Shown here piece after piece: positions 19,106 through 28,200 of a stretch of DNA of 64,000 nucleotides (its first letter is position 1; the number at the start of each line of letters is the position of its first letter). Below the pieces are notes generated by a model. It searched no databases. It had not been told where the DNA came from and saw only the letters and a program-made list of their open reading frames with translations. Position numbers and translations under genes: made by a program. The stretch is from Candidatus Hydrogenedens sp. (GTDB taxonomy: Bacteria > Hydrogenedentota > Hydrogenedentia > Hydrogenedentales > Hydrogenedentaceae), in the NCBI GenBank assembly GCA_049968235.1, contig JBMFRC010000007.1, positions 1 through 64,000 of the forward strand, read 5' to 3'.

Positions 19106-20689
19106 TTATGAAGCAATCCATTGGCGAAGTGTCATTTTATCAATCTTGCCATTCGCCAGCATAGGTAAAACAGGACGAACATCAAATCTTCGCGGCACTT
19201 TAAATCCTGCCAGATGTCTTCTACAATAATCCCGTAACTCACTCTCTTTGATGGTAGCACCTGGTTTCGGCACAATAAAGGCATGCCCAACTTCCCCATA
19301 AAGGCTATCCGGAACACCAATTACGGCAGTCATTAATACCGATGGATGCATTTCCAGAATATCTTCTATTTCCTTAGGAAAGACATTCTCTCCTCCTGTC
19401 TTATACATTTCCGATTTGCGTCCACAAACAAATAAATATCCCTGCTCGTTTACCCACCCCAAATCGGAAGTATACAACCAACCATTGTTATCTTTCACTA
19501 AGGAGGTCGCAATAGGATTATTTAAATACTCTTTCATAACTACGGGCCCCCGAAAAGCAATCTCCCCAATTTTCCCCTGTGGAACTTCTTTTCGTTCTTC
19601 ATCCACAATCTTTACTTCATATGGAGGAACAATACGCCCTGTAGAACTAAATAAAAGTTCTACAGGGTCATTTGGACTTGCGAAGGTAGTAAAACCACAA
19701 ACCTCAGTAGAACCATAACCTGTCAATAATAAAAAATTATTTTTTTTGGCTAATTCCGATAACACCCTTACCATTCGTTCATTTGCTGCATACGCTCCCC
19801 AGACCATAACTTTCATAGAACTCCAATCCATCGAACGGAACTTGGCTGTACTCATTTGCATCAAATACATTGCTGGCACCTGCCCTAAATGGGTAATTCT
19901 ATGCTTTTCTATTTCCATAAGAGAACCCTCAGGTAAAAAACGGTCCATTAAAACAATAGTTGCCCCACTATATATAGCGGTATATCCCATTTCCACATCT
20001 GCGGCTACATGATTGATAGGGAAATGAAGTAAAATACGGCTATCTGAATCCCAAAACATGTATTGGCTTTCTATTTTCGCACTACACATTACTGCTCGAT
20101 GGGTATGTAATACACCTTTGGGCTTACCAGTAGAACCGGAGGTATACATTAATAAAACTTCGTCATTTTCATTTACTTCAGCAATTCTTTTATTTAAAAG
20201 TTTCCTGTACTTTTCATTTCCCCGATATAAAAACTCATTATATTCTATAAGTCCACTTCCTCTTGAGTCGCCGATAATAACAACTTCGTGTAAAAATGGG
20301 AATTTTTCCTTGAAATCAAGTATCATTTCAAGTAAGTCAATATTCATATAATGGTCTAATGCTAAAAGGACCTTGGGTTGAGAGTCTGAAAGGAAATAAT
20401 AAATTTCATCTCTTGAAAATTTTGGAGAAATACCCTGCCATATAGCACCTACCTTTGATGCTGCCATAAAAGATGTTATAAATTCAGGACAAGCCATCGA
20501 TAACAATGCAACACGGTCCCCCTTTTCTACACCCATCGAGACAAATGCCTCAGAAAGCAAATCCGTCTTTTCTTTGACCTGTTTCCATGTGAGATGAATA
20601 TCTCCAAAAATAACCGCATCACTGTCTGGCTTTACATTAGCCCAATATTCTACGCTTTGCCACAGTAATTTCCTATCCTCACTTTTCAT
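19106..20689 (-). CDS. AMP-dependent synthetase/ligase (acyl-CoA synthetase family)
   Basis: AMP-binding motif YTSGSTGKPKGV. C-terminal GRKSEMYKTGGENVFPKEIE. Confidence 0.85.
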   Translation of the reverse strand: MKSEDRKLLWQSVEYWANVKPDSDAVIFGDIHLTWKQVKEKTDLLSEAFVSMGVEKGDRVALLSMACPEFITSFMAASKVGAIWQGISPKFSRDEIYYFLSDSQPKVLLALDHYMNIDLLEMILDFKEKFPFLHEVVIIGDSRGSGLIEYNEFLYRGNEKYRKLLNKRIAEVNENDEVLLMYTSGSTGKPKGVLHTHRAVMCSAKIESQYMFWDSDSRILLHFPINHVAADVEMGYTAIYSGATIVLMDRFLPEGSLMEIEKHRITHLGQVPAMYLMQMSTAKFRSMDWSSMKVMVWGAYAANERMVRVLSELAKKNNFLLLTGYGSTEVCGFTTFASPNDPVELLFSSTGRIVPPYEVKIVDEERKEVPQGKIGEIAFRGPVVMKEYLNNPIATSLVKDNNGWLYTSDLGWVNEQGYLFVCGRKSEMYKTGGENVFPKEIEDILEMHPSVLMTAVIGVPDSLYGEVGHAFIVPKPGATIKESELRDYCRRHLAGFKVPRRFDVRPVLPMLANGKIDKMTLRQWIAS

Positions 20690-20728
20690 TTAATTTTATC
20701 CTCCTAAAATATAGTTTTATTTTAAATA

Positions 20729-21556
20729 CTACTTTCCAAAAATAATTATACCATTCTTTATTGCATAATCATTTCTCGGCGTCTTTATTTCAAAATACAA
20801 CTTATCATTTATATTACTTTCGTCCTTAAAAACTCTTATTGTTAATGTATCTCCACCATAAACAAAAGACGAAAAGCGAGCATATAAATATTTAATCCTT
20901 GTTTGAGTAGGGCTAAAACCATGTTCGAATATTTTTCGTACTGATTGGGATAAAGTTGCAGTTCCTTGATATACAGGGGCTGATAATCCGACTTTCTGAG
21001 AGAAAGCCCATGAAGTATGAATTGGGAAATGGATATCACTACACGCATCATATATTAGAGGGTCCATGGATTGAATATAAATTTTTTCTTCCCATAAAGT
21101 TCTTTCATTTTGCCTGTCAATTTTTATATTTCTAAAAAACAATTCTTTTCCTTTCCCATCATCTTCACATGGAATATCCCTTAATAAAGCACCTAATCCT
21201 TCAATAAAAACAATTTCATCTTTCATATTTCTTGCAATGTAATCTATCCATAATAATGTCCCGGATAAATGAGGAACAATGGCTTTTACCTCCCCTTGTA
21301 TATGCAAAGTCTCACCTGCATAAAAAGGTTGATACCAACGTAGTTCTTCAAGATAATGCACTTGCCTTTCCAGGACATCCAGAGGAAACCCTGCAGTATC
21401 CCAATATTCATCAAATCGAGATGAAATTTTCCATGTTAATGCTACCGCATACATCGGGTGTACCAATAAAGGATACACACGGTCATCATAAAAAACCGGG
21501 TGGGTTTCATATATTCCTGCTGAATATTTCATTGCTTCACGGGGAGATATATCCAC
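20729..21556 (-). CDS. Double hotdog-fold MaoC-like dehydratase/enoyl-CoA hydratase family protein
   Basis: C-terminal half DACSDIHFPIHTSWAFSQKVGLSAPVYQGTATL resembles the MaoC dehydratase motif. Confidence 0.45.
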   Translation of the reverse strand: MDISPREAMKYSAGIYETHPVFYDDRVYPLLVHPMYAVALTWKISSRFDEYWDTAGFPLDVLERQVHYLEELRWYQPFYAGETLHIQGEVKAIVPHLSGTLLWIDYIARNMKDEIVFIEGLGALLRDIPCEDDGKGKELFFRNIKIDRQNERTLWEEKIYIQSMDPLIYDACSDIHFPIHTSWAFSQKVGLSAPVYQGTATLSQSVRKIFEHGFSPTQTRIKYLYARFSSFVYGGDTLTIRVFKDESNINDKLYFEIKTPRNDYAIKNGIIIFGK

Positions 21557-21618
21557 CGTTAAAACCCTACTTTTTCGCCCTACAAATAAAGAATTTAATT
21601 TATTAGCCCATATTATAT

Positions 21619-22932
21619 TTATCCTACCGGAGGTCTGCCAATACTATAATAACGGAAGCCATAAGAAGCCATCGTTTTGGGTGTATAAAGGTTTCTTCCA
21701 TCAAACACTACCTTTTCTTTCATCAACTGAGCCATGCGTTCGTAATCCGGTCGACGAAATTCATTCCATTCTGTCAGAATTAAAAGTCCTTCTGCTCCTT
21801 CTAAAGGAGGATATTGTTTTGGAGCAATTTCAATTTGATTACCAAACCGCTCCCGTAATTTAGGTCCAGCCAGTGGGTCAAAAACCCTTAATATTGCTCT
21901 TCTTTTTAACAGTTCTTCTATAATAAAAATCGAAGGAGCATCCCGAATATCATCTGTTCTCGCTTTGAATGAAGCGCCCCAGATTGTAAGTATTTTCCCC
22001 TGTATATCCCCATTATAATGCTCTATAAGAACAGATAAGAATTTTTCACATCGTTCCTTATTTACTTTCTGAATAGCGTCAAAAAGATAATAGGATATTC
22101 CTTTTTCTTTGGCAAATAGCATACACAAGTCCAAATCCCGTGGTAACCAGATTCCACCATAACCGATACCTGGGAATAAAAATGTTTGCCCGATACGACT
22201 ATCGGCTCCAACGGCTTCTCTTACTTCACTAATATTGGCTCCCCAAACTGTGCATAAATCCGCTATTTGATTTATAATGGATATTCGTCCAGCCAGCATT
22301 ACAGCGGTTGCATATTTGCTTAATTCTGCACTACGCAAACTCATCAATAACAGTGGTTTACCTGTTCGTAGAAAAGGGCTATATATTTCTTTCATTATTT
22401 CCTGCACACGGACATCTTCACAACCTACGACTACGCGGTCAGGACGAAGAAAATCATCCACAGCCGTCCCTTGTTTTAAGAAATCGGGATTAACAACCAC
22501 ATCAAACGGATGCTGCGTATTTTCCCTTAACGTTTCTTTAATTTTATCAGCGGTTCCGGGAGGTAATGTCATCTTATTTACAATAATCCTATATCCCGTC
22601 ATAACCCTTGCAATTATCTTCACTACATCAAGGACAGGTTTAATAATATCATCTATTGTTGAGTAAGAAAGCACAGGGTCCATACATAAAAAAATAAGAA
22701 GACAGTTCTGAACCGCCTCTTCCAGAGAGTCTGTGAAAAAAAGTCGTTCTTCCTCGATATTTCGCGAAACCAGTTCGCTCAATCCCGGTTCATATATTGG
22801 GATTTCACCCTGTTTTAGTAAGGAAATCCTTTCTTTATCCCAATCAACACAGGTTACAATATGTCCACTTTCTGCAAAACAGGTACCTACTACCAATCCC
22901 TGATACCCCATCCCTATTACCGTCATTTTCAT
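21619..22932 (-). CDS. Nucleotide-sugar dehydrogenase (UDP-glucose/GDP-mannose 6-dehydrogenase family)
   Basis: N-terminal Rossmann MTVIGMGYQGLVVGTCFAESGH. C-terminal …DGRNLY… typical of Ugd-family enzymes. Confidence 0.7.
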   Translation of the reverse strand: MKMTVIGMGYQGLVVGTCFAESGHIVTCVDWDKERISLLKQGEIPIYEPGLSELVSRNIEEERLFFTDSLEEAVQNCLLIFLCMDPVLSYSTIDDIIKPVLDVVKIIARVMTGYRIIVNKMTLPPGTADKIKETLRENTQHPFDVVVNPDFLKQGTAVDDFLRPDRVVVGCEDVRVQEIMKEIYSPFLRTGKPLLLMSLRSAELSKYATAVMLAGRISIINQIADLCTVWGANISEVREAVGADSRIGQTFLFPGIGYGGIWLPRDLDLCMLFAKEKGISYYLFDAIQKVNKERCEKFLSVLIEHYNGDIQGKILTIWGASFKARTDDIRDAPSIFIIEELLKRRAILRVFDPLAGPKLRERFGNQIEIAPKQYPPLEGAEGLLILTEWNEFRRPDYERMAQLMKEKVVFDGRNLYTPKTMASYGFRYYSIGRPPVG

Positions 22933-23069
22933 ATTTTACTATCCTATATTAGGTTTGCTATTGTTAACCTATTATGAAATTACATAATATCATACTTATT
23001 CATTGTTCAAAAATTTATCAAATATGAATATTTACTAACAAATTAACCTTTTTAAATAGTGAACTTTCT

Positions 23070-25256
23070 ATGTTAAAAAAACTATGCATTCTACTAATTG
23101 CTATCCTTTTCTCAACTTATTTTTACTCTTTTTCAGAAGACTATCTACTCCCCGAAGATTTTACTCGTTTTGTAGTTCCAGATGACAGTGAAGTAGGCAC
23201 CGTAATGACGGAATATCTATGGTACCATCTTTTTAAGAGACTCGGGAATGGAAACACCCTTTTCAATAAAGAATATCTGCTCTGTGCAGATACATGGGTA
23301 AATGATTTTATAGAGCCACATAGAAACAAATCTATACAGGAGGTTCACCGGGAAGACCTTCTATCCATCCGAATAGACGATGAAGGCTACATTGATACAC
23401 ATCAACATCTTTCTCATGCTCATGATTCCGGTTGGCCCTTCCCATTATGGACACAGACCTCCGGTCAAAAAGATAAGGGAATAGGCTGGCATTTTCAACC
23501 GCTGGAACAGGTCCCCGGTTGGGTAGGTGAAAATTTACGACATGCTAAAAATGATTCTACATGTGGCGAAAATGCTATTAAACAGTGGGAACTCCAGAAT
23601 TTGACTTCGCATGGTATCTTTGAAAATAAGTGGAAATTGGAAATTACAGGCGAAGGTTCCCCTACCCTTACTTCAAAACTTAGCCTAAATCTAACTGCTG
23701 AGGATATTCCTTTTTTTCAATTGCGGTGGAAACGGGATATTCAGACACAAAACAATCTGCTTCCCTATATGGAATGGAAACGAGTAGGAGATAAGGATTT
23801 CTCACCTAAAAGAAGAATTTATTTCTATTATCAGAACACAGCACTCACCCCTCCCGGATGGGCTCATTCACATATTCCTGTCTACAAACACCCACAATGG
23901 AATGGAACTATTGACCGGATTCGCCTCTGTTTAGCACCCGGACCATGTTCCGGAACATTCCTTATAGACTCCTTTTTCTCTCTTTTTGATACACGCCATA
24001 CTATTAATAACCCCATTTATATTCTGGCTTGTCAGTATTACTTTAACTGGACAGGGGATATTGACTTTTTACGACAGGTTATTAATAAAATGCGATTAGC
24101 ACTACAATATCAGCGGAAAGAATTAGGTGGGGACACGAACCTTTGCATTGTTAACACCTGGATAGGACATGACGGTATCCCAGGCTATAAAATCATGGGA
24201 AAAGAAAAAAAATTTAACATAGGGCATGGGATAGGAAGTAATTATTGGGACTTGTTACCTTTTGGTGGATATGATTGTTACGCTACAAATCAATATCATG
24301 CTTCCCTACTTGCTATGGCAGAAATGGAAGAAGCGATTTTGCAACATCCGGAATGGAATATCCCCCGGGGTGCCCTAGCCCTTGACCCAAAAGAACTTCG
24401 TGAACATGCTCAAAAAGTCCGCGAAAAAGCCCAATCTCTGTTCTGGGATAATGACAAAAAACGTTTTTTTGCCTGTATTGACCGCAATGGAGAAAAACAT
24501 GACTATGGTTTTACTTTTCTAAATCTCGATTGTATCTGGTATGGCATTGCTTCTCATAAACAGGCAGATGAAATTCTCAAATGGCTCGATGGAGAACGAA
24601 TTATTGAGTCAGATACTTCAAAAGGGGATGATATTTACCATTGGCGGTTCGGACCACGTGCAACGACATTGCGGAACATTGATTGGTATGTCTTCTGCTG
24701 GTCACATCCTGAAAATATCCCATGGGGCGGGCAAGTTCAGGACGGTGGTGCTGTCTTAGGTTTTTCTTTCTATGATTTATGGGCAAGATTGCAAATATTA
24801 GGTCCGGATAACGCATGGCAACGCCTCAAAAAAATCGTGGAATGGGAAAAAGAAGTCCGTAGTGCCGGTGGATACAGAAAATATTACGAAGATGGAAAAC
24901 AAGGGACAACATTACAAGGGTGCAACACACCAGGCGGATTAGGAATAGATTGCGAATTTTTTGAAAGCAGTTTATTGCCTTCTATATTCACTTACGGTTT
25001 CATGGGCATATCACCAAGACCTGATAAACTCGAAATAATGCCTAACTTACCAGATAATATTAACAGCATGACCATTAAGAACTTAAAATATAAAGAAAAT
25101 GTTTTAAATATTACCGCTACACATAACGATTTAAGTGTTGAAGTAACAAAAAATATGCCTCAATTCCCTATTTGCATAAAATATGTCAACTCCAAACAAA
25201 CACCCTCTCAGGGAAAAGAAAAGACAATTTCCGAACTCGGAACCTATACATTTTAA
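23070..25256 (+). CDS. Secreted 728-aa protein, possibly a glycoside-hydrolase-like (alpha/alpha)6-barrel enzyme
   Basis: Signal peptide. Trp/Tyr-rich composition typical of carbohydrate-active enzymes. No family-specific catalytic motif recognised. Confidence 0.3.
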   Translation: MLKKLCILLIAILFSTYFYSFSEDYLLPEDFTRFVVPDDSEVGTVMTEYLWYHLFKRLGNGNTLFNKEYLLCADTWVNDFIEPHRNKSIQEVHREDLLSIRIDDEGYIDTHQHLSHAHDSGWPFPLWTQTSGQKDKGIGWHFQPLEQVPGWVGENLRHAKNDSTCGENAIKQWELQNLTSHGIFENKWKLEITGEGSPTLTSKLSLNLTAEDIPFFQLRWKRDIQTQNNLLPYMEWKRVGDKDFSPKRRIYFYYQNTALTPPGWAHSHIPVYKHPQWNGTIDRIRLCLAPGPCSGTFLIDSFFSLFDTRHTINNPIYILACQYYFNWTGDIDFLRQVINKMRLALQYQRKELGGDTNLCIVNTWIGHDGIPGYKIMGKEKKFNIGHGIGSNYWDLLPFGGYDCYATNQYHASLLAMAEMEEAILQHPEWNIPRGALALDPKELREHAQKVREKAQSLFWDNDKKRFFACIDRNGEKHDYGFTFLNLDCIWYGIASHKQADEILKWLDGERIIESDTSKGDDIYHWRFGPRATTLRNIDWYVFCWSHPENIPWGGQVQDGGAVLGFSFYDLWARLQILGPDNAWQRLKKIVEWEKEVRSAGGYRKYYEDGKQGTTLQGCNTPGGLGIDCEFFESSLLPSIFTYGFMGISPRPDKLEIMPNLPDNINSMTIKNLKYKENVLNITATHNDLSVEVTKNMPQFPICIKYVNSKQTPSQGKEKTISELGTYTF

Positions 25257-25282
25257 TAACTTAATATTTCCATTGTGGAATT

Positions 25283-28200
25283 CTAAAAACAGAAGCCGTC
25301 TTCGCTATTCCCAGGACAGAGGGAGTAATGTCCAATGTTAAATATCTGAATTAATCGTAATAATTCTCCAAGGTTAATTTGCCAATCTTGTGGATTGTAA
25401 TCGGATGAATGCGGATAGCAGGAATGGTCTCCATCTAAACCGGGAGAGTAACCATCTTCAGTCCCTTCTTCACAGTGATAACCTCGTATATTAAAGAATT
25501 GTATGACTCGAAGAAGTTCGGTTAAATTAATTGTTCCATCGTTATTTGAATCTGCTGAATGGTGTGTGATTACTTCGCCCTCACCTTCTTGCAAGCCTTC
25601 TCCTTCTATTATACCTTCACCTTCAAATGTTCCTTCAGTTACTCCTTCGCCATCCACTGCTCCTTCGCCTTCTGTTGGTGTTCCTTCACCTTCCATTATT
25701 CCTTCACCTTCCAGTGGTGTCCCCTCACCTTCTAATGTGCCTTCTATTATTCCTTCGGAGCAAGGTCCGGTAGATACATAAATAGTAACTACGGAGCCCG
25801 TAATTATTTGTGTTCCACTGGCTGGCTCCTGTCCAAAAACGATACCTGGTTCTACTCCATCATTGCATTCTGTAACAACACTTACAGTTAATTCCGCAGT
25901 GTTAATTTGGTATTCTGCGGATGACTGTGTTAATCCAATTACATATGGCACAATGGTCATACAAGGACCCAGAGATACTGTAATATCCACAGAAGACCCT
26001 TCCGGAACTTGAGTTCCTGCTGGTAAACTTTGTATAAAAACAATTCCTTCATCATACTGATTGGAACATTGATAATTGACATTACCTATTAAAAGATTTG
26101 CATTAGCAAGTATCAGTTCTGCTTGTTCTACCGCAAACCCAACTATAGCAGGAACATTTGTTGGGCATGGTCCTGAGGAAACTTTCATATCCACAGCATA
26201 CGATTCAGCAACAATATTGTTTTCTTCTGGTGTCTGTGAAAATACCGTTCCTGCTGGATATGCTGTGTTACATTGAACCGAGACCGAACCTCTGTTTAGT
26301 CCTAACTCTGTCAAGGTATTATTTGCTTCTTCCTGACCTAAATCTATTAGTCGCGGAATACTTACAAATTGAATAAGGGGAGTATCTTTCAATTGTGGGT
26401 AACTTTGTGTTTTGGATGGTACATACCACACATTTGCAAAATCCCAACCTGCAATTAAATATGTGTTTATATTTAATAATTCCGTAGTGGTTTTTCCTGT
26501 CCCTCCCCAAGAAGTATTCATACGACTTGTTATTACATTCCAGAATGAGTTCTTTGTTTCTCCTCCGGACTGATACCCAATCAATCCACCAATATAGCCA
26601 CTTATTCCTGATACTTTTCCAATCGAATAACAATTTTCAATAGTCCCCCCAGTAAGATAACCAACCAGTCCTCCTGAATAGAAGGAAGCTTTAACTGTTC
26701 CTGTCGCAAAGCAATTGGTAATAGTACCACCCGTATTCTTTCCGGCAAGCCCTCCTAAATAATTTTGACCATCTAAGTATACATTTGCCCAGCATTTACT
26801 TATTGCCCACGCATTGCTTCCAACAATGCCACCGCAATTATCACTCGCCTTAATTGTTCCTGTACTTGTGCAATATGATACATTTCCATCGTTAGAACCA
26901 ACAATTCCTCCTGCACCGAACGGTGTATTGGTTATATTCATATTAACCTCTGAATAACATTGAGTTACAATATCCTGGTTTTGTCCAACAATTCCGCCGG
27001 TATTTGAATTATTTTGAGAATTACTTAAAATAACATTTGCATAACAGTTTGATATATTCCCATTTTGATTTAATCCCGAAATTCCACCAAGATTGCCTTT
27101 ACCCAATAATGTTCCACTCACCGAAATATTGATAATAGCCCCACCTTCACAAACTCCAATCAAACCTCCTGTATTATTTTTGCCTGAAATGCTGACATCT
27201 TCCAAAATTAGATTTTTAATAATGGCATTTCCCGATATCTTTCCAAATAACCCTATATTATCAGTAGATGATCTATTAATTGTCAGATTTTTAATTTTAA
27301 AACCTTTACCATCAAAATAACCTGTAAAAGGATTATATTGGTTTCCTATAGGAGCGAATCCCAGCCTACCATTCCATTCCGCAGTATTACTCGCATCGAT
27401 ATCCTGACTTAATTCATATCCTCCGTCTAATGGATAATCTGCTGAATTTCCTATTAGTTGTAATTCATCTATACTTGATAGAACTTTTGTTGGTGGAGGA
27501 CAGGGACCATCTGACACAACTAAATTAACGCTATATCCTAAAGGGGCTTCCCAGCCGGGCAATGGGTCTGAGGTGACAACATTTCCATACCCAACGGTAT
27601 CTGAGCATTGATATGATATTTCGCCGACGGTCAATGATGTGGAGATAATTATATCCTGTGCCTCTTCGAGTGGAATGTTATATACAGAAGGTACAGTAGT
27701 GGTTACAAATAGATAAGGATACACAGTATCGTTATCATTGGTCCATGTAAATTCAAAGTCCCAGCCTTCTGCCTCGAATGTTGCACTTTCCAACATTTCT
27801 TCAGTTGTTTTTCCTGTTCCACCAGCGGATGAGTTATAATTCGAAGTATCTTTATCCCAGAATGAACGAATTACATTACCCCAATTGTAGCCTATCAACC
27901 CACCGGAATTGGTTGCACCTTCCGTTACTGAACCTTTAGAATAGGTTTCTTCTACATTGGCAAAATTTAATCCAACAAGTCCTCCCCCGTATTCATGACA
28001 GAATACATTAGAGTGTGAATAGCATCGGTATATTGTGCCTTGATTTACTCCTATCAAGCCCCCAACATAACTTTCAGAACTGATTACTTCACCTTCAGAA
28101 TAAGATTTGCGTATATACCCTTTATTCTTTCCTGCAATTCCACCGATGTATGAACTACCAGAAACATTCGCATTTACATTAGAAAAGTAAATTCCTGATT

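Noticed and set aside
22277-22666. 129-aa plus-strand ORF
   Set aside because: It lies entirely within, and antisense to, the well-supported nucleotide-sugar dehydrogenase gene, and its composition is Thr/Ser-rich as antisense translation typically gives.
25571-25760. Periodic short DNA repeats that might be a CRISPR array
   Set aside because: The units are 12-18 nt, imperfect, in frame and inside a long ORF. They have no spacer structure and no cas genes nearby, so this is a protein-coding tandem repeat.
25503-25781. 92-aa ORF encoding Pro/Ser-rich repeats (PSPS…)
   Set aside because: It is the antisense reading of the EGEG-linker tandem repeat inside the 1598-aa gene, so it is an artefact of repeat DNA and not a separate gene.
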